Shown: in pieces, positions 1 to 10,989 of the stretch
Position numbering within the stretch: position 1 is the stretch's first letter
Layout: every line of letters starts with the position of its first letter
Assembly: GCA_046331645.1 (NCBI GenBank)
Contig: JAXLQM010000001.1
Coordinates: 152,473 to 216,472, forward strand
DNA: 64,000 bases
DNA from: Bryobacteraceae bacterium
Lineage (GTDB): Bacteria; Acidobacteriota; Terriglobia; Bryobacterales; Bryobacteraceae
Direction: 5' to 3'
Made by a program: the position numbers and the translations under genes
Notes under the pieces: generated by a model
The model's database searches: none
Told to the model about the DNA's origin: nothing
What the model saw: only the letters and a program-made list of their open reading frames with translations

Positions 1-3000
1 TCGACAGATCAAAATTCATGAACCCGGGGCCACGCGTGTTGGGCAGTGTGCGTGACACATCGCCGAAGCGGAACGCGTCGGGCAGGGTGAAGGCGCTGGT
101 ATTGAAGAAGCGATTCAGCCGCGATTCCACCGATCCATCCAATTTGGCGCTCGCCCCGGTGCTATTGGGGCGCGAGCCGCCGCCGAACGAATTCGTATTG
201 TTCACTGAAGAAGTGATAGCGAGTGGAATGCCATTCTGGGCCGAGAAAATGATGTTCACCTGCCAGCCGCCGGCGAGACGATTGACGATGCCGCTCGACT
301 TGCCGAGGAGCGCTTTGCCCTGGCCGATGGGCAACTCGTAGTTTGCGGCGACGCTTGCGTGATGAGGGACCTGCTGCCCGGAGACGGAACGTTCGAGCGA
401 GCGGTTGTTGTGATTCTGGAAAGCGGGCGATTGGCCGAAGAAGGAGAGAACGCCGTTGCTGCCGTCATCAATGAGTTTTGCTCCGGTGTAGGCCATGAGG
501 AAGCTAAGCCCGCTGGAGAAGCGTTTTTCGACGCGCAATTGCAGCGAGTGATAGATAGACGAGCCCGAGGTGGAGCCAATGGTGGAGAAACCGTTGAGGT
601 GTGGATAGGGGCGCAGGAGTTGGCCGGCCTGAATCTGGGCCGCGCCGAGCGGCTGGTTGGCGGGAATGATTCCGAGGAACGGATTGGCGATGCGAGCCGT
701 GAGCGCGTTTCCGAGGGCCAGCCGGTCCACCGGCAGCTGGTTGTACTGCAGGTTCTGGAGCAGGTTCGTGCCTTTGCTGCCGGCGTATGCGGCGTCGATC
801 ACAATGCTTCCCGGCAGCGACTGCTGGATGTTGAAATTCCATTGCTGCATGTAGATCGCCTTCTGGTCGCGATCGACGGAGCTGATGGCAGCGCCGATAT
901 TGGTGAGCAGGCCGAGGGAGTTGCCGGTGGGCTGGACGAAGCCGTTCGGATACGGATTGGAGATGTAGTTCACCGGGGTGACGCCATCGTTGGAGGAGAC
1001 GAGGCTCGTGGTGGCGGAGTAGCCGGTCTGGCCGAAACTGCCGAAGTCCCAGCCGGTGCGTGGGGCGACGAACATGCCATAGCCTCCGCGGATCACGGTA
1101 TTCGGCCTTAGTTGGAAGGCCATGCCGAAGCGGGGAGCGAAGAAGCGTGCGACGCGCGCCTGCTCGCGCGGGTTGCCGTTGACGCCGACAAACTGCAAGC
1201 CGCCGCGCAACGGTCCGACGCCCGGGGCTGTCACACCTACGGTGCTATCGAAGTCGAGGAAGTTGAGGCGGTCATAACGGTCTGTGCGCAGATTCTCGCT
1301 CTCAAAGCGCACACCGAGATTCAGGGTGAGCCGCGAGGTGACCTTGAAATCGTCCTGGAGGAAGGCGGCGTGATAGAGCGTCTGCGAATCCTGGGTGGGA
1401 CGCTTGGTGACGTTGCCGCTAGCTGCCAGTCCGAGCATGAAGCTGGCAATGGCCTGGCCCGCTGTGGGGCTGCCGCGCGTGGGGTCGGGACCTTGTGTGA
1501 AGCCGGCGTTGAAGCTGAAGTCCGAGATCGTGGGGCGGAAGCCGGCGAGGCGAAAGACGCGCGACTCGTAGCCTGCTTTCAGGACGTGTTTGCCGCGGGT
1601 GTGCGTGATGTCGGTCTGGGCGGTGTAGGCGTTGGAGATGTTGTTGAGCAGGGCGCCGGTGACCGGTCCCACACTCCCCGTGCCGAAACCCACGTTGGAC
1701 GCCGTGTAGCCGGCCACGGTGATGGACGGAAAGGCCAGCGCTTCCTGGTTGGCGACATAGTTGGCGGGCAGCCCCAGTTCCGAGGGGTTAAAGCCGAGGC
1801 CGAACGGCTCGCCATGATCGCGGAGCCGGGTGAAGCCGAGGCGGAAGGTGGCGAACGTTGTCGGGCTGAACCCGTGCGTGTCGTTCAACGCGAAGTTGCG
1901 CTGGGTGAACAACTGCGGTCCGGAGGAAGGATTGCCGACATTGCCGTAGATGTAGGGAGGCACCACCAGCGAGCTATTCCACGAGAAGCGGCCGAACAGA
2001 CGGTTGGCGTTGCTGAAGGTGTGATCGATGCGGGTGTTGGTTTGGTCGACGCCGTAGGATTCGCTGGCATTGGAGATAAAGTTGTTGATGCCAGTGACGG
2101 CATTGCCGGTCAGATTGGGTTTGGCCCAATAGTCGAGTATCTTATTCGAGACGGGATTGACGCGATTGGCGGGAATGATGTTGCCTGGAAACGGATCTCT
2201 TTGATAGGCGCCGCCGGCGACGGCGCGTGTAGTGACGGGGTCGAAGATCTGGATCAGCTGGCCGGAGGCGGCGCGTGTCGTGGCGAAGTTGCCGCTGCGG
2301 TGATCGGCGGTGGGCACGGAGAAGAGCAACGTGCGGCCGGTGCGGCGCCGCATGCCTTCGTAGTTAAAGAAGAAGAATGTCTTGTCTTTGCGAATGGGGG
2401 CGCCCACGGTGCCACCGAACTGATTGAAGCGGAATGGCGGCCTTTTCTGGCCGGAGGCGTTGTTGAACCAATTGTTCGAGTCGAAGGCGCTGTTGCGGAG
2501 AAACTCGTAGAGCGAGCCATGGAGCACGTTGGTGCCTCCGCGCATGGAGACGTTCACCACGCCTCCGCTGGTGCGGCCGAACTCCGCCGACATGTTGTTT
2601 GTCTGGACCTTAAACTCCTGAACGGCATCGATAGAGGGGATGATGGCGAACTGATTGAACTGCGGGGAAGTGTCGGGGATGCCGTCGAGCAGCACCTCGT
2701 TCGACATGGTGGGGCTTCCATTGATGGAGAAATTCGTCAATGGGATGTTGTTGCCCGGCAGTGGCAAGCGGTTATAGGCTACGGTGCCCGGGGTGAGAAA
2801 AGCAAGATCGAAGGGGTTTCGCCCGTTGAGCGGCAATTCCGTCACTTTGCGGTTGTCGACCACGGTACCAAGCGAAGACTGATCGGCATCGAGGAGAGGC
2901 GCATCGGCATTGACGGAGATCGAATCGTTGACCGCGCCCAACGTCATCGTCATGTCGAGGCGGATGGTGGCGTTCACACTGAGGTTGATGCCCGTGCGCT

Positions 3001-3261
3001 CGGCGGTGCGGAAGCCTTCCTTCTGGACGGTGACCGAATAGGGGCCGGGCTCCAGCAGTGGAATGGTGTAGTTGCCGGACTCATTGGAAGTGGTCAGCCG
3101 TGTCGCGCCGGTAGCGGCGTTGCGAGCAGTGACGGATGCTCCGGCGACCATCGCGCCGGTTGGATCGCTGATGATGCCGGTGATCTGGCCGGCGGTGGTC
3201 TGGGCAGCGAGAGGAAGCGCGGCAAGCGCGAGGGACAGCAGCAGGGCCAGGGTGGCGAACA
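1..3261 (-). CDS. TonB-dependent receptor, acidobacterial CarboxypepD_reg / plug / barrel type. C-terminus truncated by the window edge.
   Basis: ATG at 3259-3261 on the minus strand gives MFATLALLLSLALAALPLAAQ (signal peptide), then GQITGIISDPTGAMVAGASVTARNAATG…ESGNYTIPLLEPGPYSVTVQKEGF (CarboxypepD_reg-like), then NGRNPFDLAFLTPG, and the ORF stays open through to base 1. It is missing from the ORF track because it has no stop in the window. The 754-aa plus-strand ORF over it is Ala/Gly/Arg-rich antisense. Confidence 0.85.
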
Positions 3262-3295
3262 TGGCGGTGTGGCGCTCCTTGAGCAGGTGATGCAA

Positions 3296-3325
3296 CATTG
3301 GTACGTCCAATATTGGTACATCCAA
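3296..3325. promoter_or_regulatory. Two adjacent 15-bp inverted repeats, ATTGGTACGTCCAAT and ATTGGTACATCCAAT; candidate GntR/FCD operator. Sites 3 and 4 are at 3411-3425 and 3497-3511.
   Basis: Read directly from the sequence: four copies of ATTGG-N5-CCAAT lie between the divergent TBDR start (3261) and the GntR start. I found no other ATTGG-N5-CCAAT occurrence elsewhere in the window. Confidence 0.45.
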
Positions 3326-3552
3326 TATATTCGCGGCTGCGGTCTCCGTCAAGTTGGAAGCCTGCAAAACGGCTGATTTTCTTTGACAGCGGTTCCGTGT
3401 CGCGGATACAATTGGGCTTGCCAATGCTTCCCATTCCGATGGCAGTACGTGGTTCGAAGAGCGCCGGAAGCGCTGTTATGGTTGACATCCGCGGTGAATT
3501 GGATACTCCAATTGGAGACGCCGCCGCCGCTCGCTATAGTAGCCGCAGGCCC

Positions 3553-4332
3553 ATGCTTACTTCCATTCCGTTGCCGGGCGACAAAGACGGCGTAACCAAT
3601 CAACTGATCGCGCGCATGAAACTGATGATTTCGAGAGGCGTGTTGACGCCCGGCTCGAAGCTGCCTCCGGAAAGAGAACTGGCTCCGGCCTTTGGTGTCA
3701 GCCGCTCCTCTCTGCGCCATGCCCTGAAAGCCATGGAAATCATGGGGGTACTGACGCAACGGGTTGGAGACGGAACGTATCTGGCAGCCGACGCAGGGGC
3801 GATTCTGCAGGAACCCTTCGAGCTGATGATGCTAATGGACGGCATCACGCCGAGCGACCTGTTGGAAACGCGGTTGATTGTGGAGCCGGAGTTGGCGGCG
3901 CGGGCCGCCGAGCGCGCCACGAGTGAAGATCTGCGGGCGATGAGCCGCACGCTGGCCGTGCACCGGCGCGCGGGGCAGGCGGGGTTTATCGAAGCCGACA
4001 TTGCCTTTCACCGGGCGATTTTCGAAGCGGCGCGCAATCCCGTGTGCATGCGTATGTTTTCGCTCATTCACCGGGCAATGGCGAACAGCATCGGTTTGAC
4101 GGCGCAGGAAGTGGACTGGGAGCATACGCTGGAGTTTCACCGGCCGATCTTTGCGGCCATCGAAAAGCGGCGGCCCGTCGACGCACGGCTGGCGATGATT
4201 GCGCACTTGTCGGATGCGCGCTCCATTCTGGAACGGCTGTCGGAGAAATCGCGGCGTGTGGATCTGGCGAGTTTCGCGACGCCGGTGGAGGGGCAGGCGC
4301 GGAAGCGCAGGGGAGGCAAACAGAGCAGGTAA
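3553..4332 (+). CDS. GntR-family transcriptional regulator, FadR/FCD subfamily.
   Basis: Winged-HTH signature NQLIARMKLMISRGVLTPGSKLPPERELAPAFGVSRSSLRHALKAMEIMGVL, followed by an all-helical FCD-like C-terminal domain. The start is ambiguous: 3553 (MLTSIP) or 3478 (MVDIRG). The track start at 3298 would overlap the operator repeats. Confidence 0.8.
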   Translation: MLTSIPLPGDKDGVTNQLIARMKLMISRGVLTPGSKLPPERELAPAFGVSRSSLRHALKAMEIMGVLTQRVGDGTYLAADAGAILQEPFELMMLMDGITPSDLLETRLIVEPELAARAAERATSEDLRAMSRTLAVHRRAGQAGFIEADIAFHRAIFEAARNPVCMRMFSLIHRAMANSIGLTAQEVDWEHTLEFHRPIFAAIEKRRPVDARLAMIAHLSDARSILERLSEKSRRVDLASFATPVEGQARKRRGGKQSR

Positions 4333-6284
4333 TGGGTTGCGCGCGGTTGGTCACCGGGGCGATGCTGGCGCTGATAGTGCCTGTGGTGGCCGCGCCGCAT
4401 GCGCAACTGAGTCCCGCCGCTGCCGGCGCTGTGCACTGGACCAAAGGATTCTGGGCGGAGCGTTTCACGCTGGCCCATGAGGTAATCGCGCCGGAGATGC
4501 GCAAGACGTTGGACACGGCCGGCAATGGGGCGAATCTGGTGAATCTGCGCATCGCCGCTGGTGTGGAGGCCGGAGAGTTCAAAGGCAATCCGTGGTCGGA
4601 CGGCGACGTATTCAAATGGTTGGAGGGCATGGCGCACCTGTATGCCCGCACGCGCGACGCGAAGATCGATGCGGAAATGGATGCGGTGATTGCGCTGATC
4701 GGCAAAGCGCAACAGGGGGACGGTTATCTATCGACGAACATCACGTTGCGCGGGGAGCGCCGTTGGAGCGAGCCGCGCCGTCACGAGATGTACAACATGG
4801 GGCATCTGCTGGGAGCGGCGGCGGCGCATTTCAAAGCCACGGGCAAGCGATCGTTGCTGGCGGTGGCCGAACGCGTCACCAGCTATCTCTACGCGCTGTT
4901 GAGCTCTCGCCCGGCAGCGATGGCGCATTTCGGAGCGCCTTCCAACGCCATGGGGTTTCTGGATCTTTATCGCGCCACCGGCGACAAGCGGTTGCTGGAA
5001 TTGGCGTCCATTCTGGTGGACTCGAGGGGTTCGGCGCCGGGCGGGACGGATCATTTCCAGACGCGTGTTCCGCTGCGGAAAGAGACGCAGGCAGTGGGGC
5101 ACGCCGTGCATGCCACCTATCTTTATGCGACCGCGGCCGACCTGGTTGCGGAAACCGGGGACCTGAGTTTGCGAAGCGCGGTGGAGCGGATTTGGGACGA
5201 TGTGGCCCGCAAGCGAGTCTACATCACGGGCGCGGTTGGTCCGATGGATCCGGGGCTTACGCCGCGCCGGGACATCGCGGCTGAGGCGTTCGGCGCCGAC
5301 TATGAGCTGCCGAACCGGCGAGGCTATAACGAGACATGCGCCAACATCGGCAACGCGCTGTGGAACTGGCGCATGCTGGCGATGACGGGCGAAGCGCGCT
5401 ACGCGGATGCGTTCGAGAATGTTCTTTACAACAGCATGCTCGCGGGCGCCGGCTTGGATGGGCGCAGTTTTTTCTACGCGAATGTACACCGGCGCTATGC
5501 CGGCGAGGCGCCACTGCTGCGTAATGAAACGCTGGTCCGCTGGCACGACACGGTGCACAAGCCGAGTGCCGACAGCTACTGCTGCCCGCCGAATCTGCTG
5601 CGTGTGATTGCATCTCTCGATTCGTACGCTTACGGAGTTTCGAGCGACGCCATTTGGGTGAACCTCTATGGCGGCAGCAGGCTGGATGCGCTCGGGATGC
5701 AGTTGGAGCAGGAGAGCGAATATCCATGGGATGGGCGGGTCACCTTACGGGTGCGGGCCGCGCCGCGCCGGGAGATCGCACTCAAGCTGCGCATTCCGGG
5801 CTGGTCTGAAAGGAACACGCTGGACATCAATGGCAAGACGGCTCCCGCGCCGCATTCGGGCGGTTATGTCGAGTTGCGAAGACAGTGGAAGGCCGGCGAC
5901 ACGGTTGTGCTGCAACTCGATATAAGGCCGCGGCTGATGGTTGCGAATCCTCTGCTCGAGACCTCGCGCAACCAGGTAGCGGTGATGCGGGGGCCGCTGG
6001 TGTACTGTTTGGAATCGCCGGATGTTCCAGCCGGAGTGCGTGTCTCCGAGGTGACGCTATCGCGGCGCACCAGGTGGAAGATTCGCCATGAAAGCAATGT
6101 ACTGGGTGGCATCGACATGCTGGAGGCGGAGGCCAGCCGATATCCGGAAGCCGGTGAGAGCAGCCTGTATCAGGCGCTGCGGCCTGCGCGGCCACAACCG
6201 GTGACCATCCGCTTGATTCCGTACTACGCGTGGGCGAATCGCGGCATCAGCCACATGACTGTCTGGATTCCACTGTCCGATTGA
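4332..6284 (+). CDS. Glycoside hydrolase family 127 (DUF1680) beta-L-arabinofuranosidase-like protein, secreted.
   Basis: ATG overlaps the GntR stop (TAATG). Signal peptide MGCARLVTGAMLALIVPVVAAPHAQ. Motifs HEMYNMGHLLGAAAAHF, NETCANIGNALWNWRML and YCCPPN are typical of GH127/HypBA1-like proteins. Confidence 0.75.
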   Translation: MGCARLVTGAMLALIVPVVAAPHAQLSPAAAGAVHWTKGFWAERFTLAHEVIAPEMRKTLDTAGNGANLVNLRIAAGVEAGEFKGNPWSDGDVFKWLEGMAHLYARTRDAKIDAEMDAVIALIGKAQQGDGYLSTNITLRGERRWSEPRRHEMYNMGHLLGAAAAHFKATGKRSLLAVAERVTSYLYALLSSRPAAMAHFGAPSNAMGFLDLYRATGDKRLLELASILVDSRGSAPGGTDHFQTRVPLRKETQAVGHAVHATYLYATAADLVAETGDLSLRSAVERIWDDVARKRVYITGAVGPMDPGLTPRRDIAAEAFGADYELPNRRGYNETCANIGNALWNWRMLAMTGEARYADAFENVLYNSMLAGAGLDGRSFFYANVHRRYAGEAPLLRNETLVRWHDTVHKPSADSYCCPPNLLRVIASLDSYAYGVSSDAIWVNLYGGSRLDALGMQLEQESEYPWDGRVTLRVRAAPRREIALKLRIPGWSERNTLDINGKTAPAPHSGGYVELRRQWKAGDTVVLQLDIRPRLMVANPLLETSRNQVAVMRGPLVYCLESPDVPAGVRVSEVTLSRRTRWKIRHESNVLGGIDMLEAEASRYPEAGESSLYQALRPARPQPVTIRLIPYYAWANRGISHMTVWIPLSD

Positions 6285-6300
6285 CCGCAAAGGAGGCAAC

Positions 6301-7488
6301 GTGAACTCGCGCCTGATGGAAGTGGAGAGTCCGCTCAAGAGAGGTGGGGCTGGGGCAGGGAAGATTGTTCGAGTGGCGATCCACCAGTTGGAAGCGCGGC
6401 TCACGAGACGCTTCGGATGGTCGCTCAATTGGACCGACCGGCGGCGCGCCACGCTGGTGGAAGTATCGACCGATACCGGAGTGACGGGATGGGGGGATGG
6501 CAACTGGGGTGGGCAGCGGTTGATCGATCATCCCGAACTCGTGATTGGCCGGTCGCCGTTTGAAGTGGAATCGATCTACGATGACCTGCGTCCGGCGCCC
6601 GGGCATCAGACGCGCGCCGGCGAGGCCACTGCGGGCGGGTTGGATCAAGCGCTGTGGGACTTGTGCGGAAAGATCCTTGGATGTTCCGTATCGGATCTGC
6701 TCGGCACTCGCCGCCGGAGCCGTGTTGAGCCCTATCTGACGGCGCTGTACCGGCAGGAGTGGCCTGAGCTTGCCACCGGACTGGCGGAGGAAGCGCTGGC
6801 GTGGAAGCGATTGGGCTGGCGGGCGATGAAGATGAAAATCGGATATGGGCCGGAGGCGGATGTGCGCATTGTGCGTGCCGTGCGCGAGGCCATTGGCGAC
6901 GAAGTGGCCTTGGGCGTGGATTCCAACTGCGCCTACGATGCGGGTACGGCGATGTCGCTTGGATGCCGATTGGAGCCCTTCGATCTGATGTGGTGGGAGG
7001 AGCCGTTGGCGGCTACGGACCTGGCGGGCTACGAGAAATTGAGCCGGGCTTTGCGCATACCGCTGGCCTCCGGCGAGACGCTCTCCGCCGATCGCCTCAT
7101 CCTTGACTACATACAGCCGCGCCTCGTGCCCATCGTGCAGCCGGACCTGGACACGGTGGGGCTGACTGGCGGCCGGCGTCTATCCTATCTTTGCTGGCTC
7201 AATCATCTGCGCCTCATTCCGCACAACTGGGGAACGGCCATACGGACGGCGGCGACGCTGCAGTGGATGGCGTGCGAGCCGGCGCCTACCGAGGCTTTGC
7301 ATGGTCCCGCGGTCAGCTTCGAATTCGATCAGACCGAGAGCCCGTTCCGCGATTCCGTGGTGGAGCAGCGCATTGTCCGTGACCCATCGGACGGGATGAT
7401 TGCCGTGCCGCAAGGGCCGGGCCTTGGCGTGGAAGTGATTCCCGAGGCCGTGCCGCAATATCGAACGCAACTGATCGAAGTGCGTTGA
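6301..7488 (+). CDS. Enolase-superfamily enzyme (mandelate racemase / muconate lactonizing enzyme family, sugar-acid dehydratase-like); cytoplasmic.
   Basis: MR/MLE capping domain (TDTGVTGWGDG) and barrel motifs KMKIGYGP…VDSNCAY…WWEEP…LASGETL…IVQPDL. No signal peptide. Confidence 0.8.
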   Translation: MNSRLMEVESPLKRGGAGAGKIVRVAIHQLEARLTRRFGWSLNWTDRRRATLVEVSTDTGVTGWGDGNWGGQRLIDHPELVIGRSPFEVESIYDDLRPAPGHQTRAGEATAGGLDQALWDLCGKILGCSVSDLLGTRRRSRVEPYLTALYRQEWPELATGLAEEALAWKRLGWRAMKMKIGYGPEADVRIVRAVREAIGDEVALGVDSNCAYDAGTAMSLGCRLEPFDLMWWEEPLAATDLAGYEKLSRALRIPLASGETLSADRLILDYIQPRLVPIVQPDLDTVGLTGGRRLSYLCWLNHLRLIPHNWGTAIRTAATLQWMACEPAPTEALHGPAVSFEFDQTESPFRDSVVEQRIVRDPSDGMIAVPQGPGLGVEVIPEAVPQYRTQLIEVR

Positions 7489-7572
7489 ACAGGGCCCCTT
7501 GCAGTTGTGGAATAGGGGGAGCGCTCGATAGAATAAAGTTTCGCCTGCATAGTTCCGCACATCAAAGAAGAT

Positions 7573-8262
7573 ATGAGCGCCGCTGCTACCGCCCTCACGG
7601 GCAAGTCCGCTGACCGGTCCAGCTTCTGGGCCTCTCCCATTGGAAAGAAAGCTGTGATGGCCGTGACAGGGTTCGTCCTGTTCGGTTTTGTGATTGGCCA
7701 CATGGTGGGCAATCTCCAGGTGTATCTGGGCCCCGAGAAACTCGACGCCTATGCAGAGTTTCTGCAAAAGACGAAGGGCTTGCTGTGGGGCGCACGATCG
7801 GTGCTGCTGGCTTGCGTGGTGTTGCACGTGACAGCGGCATTCCAGTTGGCGGGGCTGCAGAACAAAGCCCGGCCGCAGAAGTATGTGAAGAAAACGAGCG
7901 CGGGCTCGTCGTATGCCTCGCGCACGATGTACTGGAGCGGGCCGATTCTGCTCGCCTTCATTATTTATCACTTGATGCACTTCACCACGGGGCAGGCGCA
8001 TCCCGACTTTCAGCCAGGGATGGTGTACCGCAACGTGGTGACGGGATTCCAGAGCGTGCCTGCCTCACTCGTCTACATCGTGGCGATGCTGATGCTGGGG
8101 ACGCATCTCTACCACGGAATTTGGAGCATGTTCCAAAGCGTGGGCATCAACCCTCCCAAGTACACACCGGTGTTCAAGAAACTGGCCGCGGTGATGGCTG
8201 CCGTCCTGGTGGGCGGCAACGTGTCGATTCCAGTGGCCGTGATGACAGGTTTGATCCGTTAA
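7573..8262 (+). CDS. sdhC: Succinate dehydrogenase / fumarate reductase cytochrome b subunit, b558 (five-TM, Bacillus) type.
   Basis: [48 protein letters not shown]…, five predicted TM helices with conserved His residues, immediately upstream of sdhA and sdhB. Confidence 0.8.
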   Translation: MSAAATALTGKSADRSSFWASPIGKKAVMAVTGFVLFGFVIGHMVGNLQVYLGPEKLDAYAEFLQKTKGLLWGARSVLLACVVLHVTAAFQLAGLQNKARPQKYVKKTSAGSSYASRTMYWSGPILLAFIIYHLMHFTTGQAHPDFQPGMVYRNVVTGFQSVPASLVYIVAMLMLGTHLYHGIWSMFQSVGINPPKYTPVFKKLAAVMAAVLVGGNVSIPVAVMTGLIR

Positions 8263-8267
8263 ACAAA

Positions 8268-10183
8268 ATGAAGCTAGACGCACGAATTCCTTCCGGCCCC
8301 ATTGAGAAGAAATGGGAGAAGTGCCGCTTTGAAATGAAGCTGGTGAACCCGGCGAACAAGCGGAAGTTCAGTGTGATTGTAGTGGGCACCGGGCTGGCCG
8401 GCGGTTCGGCCGCGGCCACGATGGGCGAGTTGGGATACAACGTGAAAGCGTTCTGCTTTCAGGATTCGCCGCGGCGCGCGCATAGCATTGCGGCGCAGGG
8501 CGGAATCAACGCTGCGAAGAATTATCAGAACGACGGCGACAGCATTTACCGGCTGTTCTATGACACGGTGAAGGGCGGCGATTTCCGGGCTCGCGAGGCT
8601 AACGTGTACCGGCTGGCGGAGATCAGTGTGAACATCATTGATCAATGCGTGGCGCAAGGTGTACCGTTCGCGCGCGAGTACGGCGGGTTGCTGGCGAACC
8701 GTTCGTTTGGCGGCGCGCAGGTGTCGCGAACGTTCTATGCGCGCGGGCAGACGGGGCAGCAATTGCTGCTGGGCTGCTACCAGGCGCTGGAGCGGCAGGT
8801 GCAGGCGGGGCGCGTGACAATGTACCCGCGGCACGAGATGCTGGAGTTGATTCTGATCGACGGCAAGGCGCGCGGGATCGTGACGCGGAACCTGGTGACG
8901 GGCAAGATCGAGATGCGCACATCGCGGATGCGGTGGTGCTGGCCACCGGCGGTTACGGCAATGTGTTCTACCTGTCGACGGAACGCGAAGGGTTCGAATG
9001 CGACGGCCATCTGGCGGGCGCACCGTAAAGAACGCGCTGTTCGCCAATCCGTGTTTCACGCAGATCCATCCGACGTGCATTCCGGTGTCGGGGGATTACC
9101 AATCGAAGCTGACGCTGATGAGCGAATCGCTGCGCAACGACGGACGCATCTGGGTGCCGCAGCAGAAGGGCGATAAGCGCAAGCCGTCACAGATTCCAGA
9201 AGGCGAGCGCGATTACTATTTGGAGCGGCGGTATCCGTCGTTCGGCAATTTGGTGCCTCGCGACGTGGCATCGCGCGCGGCGAAGGGCGCTTGCGATGAG
9301 GGCCGCGGAGTTGGTGAGACAGGCCTCGGCGTGTATCTCGATTTTCGGCGACGCCATCCGGCGATTGGGTAAGGGCGTGGTGGCCGAACGCTACGGGAAC
9401 CTGTTCGAGATGTATGAGCGCATCACGGGCGAGGATCCGTATAGCGTGCCGATGCGGATTTTCCCGGCCATCCATTACACGATGGGCGGACTGTGGGTGG
9501 ATTACCGGCTGCAGAGCACTATTCCTGGGCTGTTCGTGATTGGGGAGGCGAATTTCTCGGATCACGGGGCGAACCGGCTGGGCGCGAGCGCGCTGATGCA
9601 GGGTTTGGCCGATGGGTATTTCGTGCTGCCCTACACGATTGGCGACTACCTGGCGAGCACGAAGCTGGATAAGGCCGATGCGTCGCACGCCAGAGCGCGC
9701 GCGGCGGATAAAGCCAACGCGCAGGTGAAGAAACTGCTGGGCGTGCCAGGGCAAGCGGACGTGGATTCGTTCCATCGCGAGATGGGGAAGATGATGTGGG
9801 ACGCATGCGGGATGTCCCGTAATGCAGCGGGGCTAGGGAAGGCGATCGGGCATATCGCTGGGCTGGAGCAGGAGTTCTGGAAGGACGTGAAGGTGAGTGG
9901 CGAGGGCGAGGAACTGAATCAGTCGCTGGAGAAAGCCGGACGCCTGGCGGACTTCTTCGAACTGGCGCAGTTGATGTGCCGCGATGCGCTGGAGCGGAAC
10001 GAATCGTGCGGCGGACACTTCCGTGAGGAGTATCAAACGCCGGAAGGCGAAGCGATGCGCGACGACGACGACTTCTGCTATGCCGCGGCGTGGGAATACA
10101 AAGGGCCAGGAAAGAAACACGAGTTGCATAAAGAATCGCTTTCCTTTGAGTACGTGCATCTTGCCCAAAGGAGCTACAAGTAA
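8268..10183 (+). pseudogene. sdhA: Succinate dehydrogenase flavoprotein subunit, interrupted by four single-base indels (a genuine pseudogene or a local sequencing/assembly error).
   Basis: The N-terminus is intact ([17 protein letters not shown]…[11 protein letters not shown]). The reading frame then switches at about 8922 (GKIEMR|[16 protein letters not shown]), about 8990 (FYLST|[14 protein letters not shown]), about 9036 (HRK|[21 protein letters not shown]) and about 9343 (GLGVYLDF|[12 protein letters not shown]), with full-length SdhA homology recovered across four track ORFs. The indel at ~8922 is a deletion (a C in a short C-run); the other three are 1-nt insertions (aaa, ttt, a g after acg). 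Together they give a net +2 frame shift. Confidence 0.8.
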
Positions 10184-10185
10184 CC

Positions 10186-10950
10186 ATGAAGCTGACTTTG
10201 CATATCTGGCGCCAGAAGAATGCGTCTTCGGCGGGCAAGATGGTCCGGTATGAAACGGACGCGAGCGAGCACATGTCGTTCCTGGAGATGCTGGACGTAT
10301 TGAACGAACGGCTGATTGCGCAGGGCGAAGAGCCGGTGGCGTTCGATCACGATTGCCGCGAAGGCATCTGCGGATCGTGCGGTTTTGTGATCAATGGCGT
10401 GGCGCATGGGCCGCTGCCATCGACGACGGTGTGCCAACTGCACATGCGGCATTTCAAGGATGGCGATGAGCTGTACCTGGAGCCGTGGCGCGCGGCGGCG
10501 TTTCCGGTGATCAAGGATCTGGTGGTGGACCGGTCGGCGTTTGACCGGATCATCGCGTCTGGCGGGTACATTTCGGTGTCGACCGGATCGGCTGTGGATG
10601 CGAATGCGCTGCCGGTGCGGAAGAAAGACTCCGACATGGCGATGGACGCGGCGCAGTGCATCGGATGCGGGGCGTGCGTGGCGGCGTGTCCGAATGCTTC
10701 GGCGTCGTTGTTTATGTCGGCGAAGATCAGCCATCTGGGGTTGCTGCCGCAGGGGCAGCCGGAACGGATGGAGCGGGCGCTGAATATGGTGGCGGCCGCG
10801 AATGAGGAATTGTTCGGGAGTTGTACGAATATCGGGGAGTGCGAGGCGGTGTGCCCGAAGGGGATCCGGTTGGAGTTTATTGCGCGGATGAACCGGGATT
10901 TCTTGAAGGCTTCGTGGACTTTCCGGGCGGAGAGAGTGGAGGGGGATTAA
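10186..10950 (+). CDS. sdhB: Succinate dehydrogenase iron-sulfur subunit.
   Basis: Cys clusters for 2Fe-2S ([10 protein letters not shown]), 4Fe-4S ([12 protein letters not shown]) and 3Fe-4S ([12 protein letters not shown]). Confidence 0.9.
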   Translation: MKLTLHIWRQKNASSAGKMVRYETDASEHMSFLEMLDVLNERLIAQGEEPVAFDHDCREGICGSCGFVINGVAHGPLPSTTVCQLHMRHFKDGDELYLEPWRAAAFPVIKDLVVDRSAFDRIIASGGYISVSTGSAVDANALPVRKKDSDMAMDAAQCIGCGACVAACPNASASLFMSAKISHLGLLPQGQPERMERALNMVAAANEELFGSCTNIGECEAVCPKGIRLEFIARMNRDFLKASWTFRAERVEGD

Positions 10951-10989
10951 CCACGAATTCACACGAATGCACACGAATTGGATTAAGAG

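Noticed and set aside
1112-3376. 754-aa plus-strand ORF.
   Set aside because: It is Ala/Gly/Arg-rich low-complexity translation, antisense to a clearly recognisable TonB-dependent receptor. This is the typical high-GC antisense-ORF artefact.
4728-5558. 276-aa minus-strand ORF inside GH127.
   Set aside because: It is antisense to a well-supported GH127 gene, with Arg-rich junk translation. The same judgement applies to 7180-8001, 9056-9775, 10174-10974, 22087-22743, 33463-34644, 36170-36853, 37020-37820, 44273-45088 and 46578-47282.
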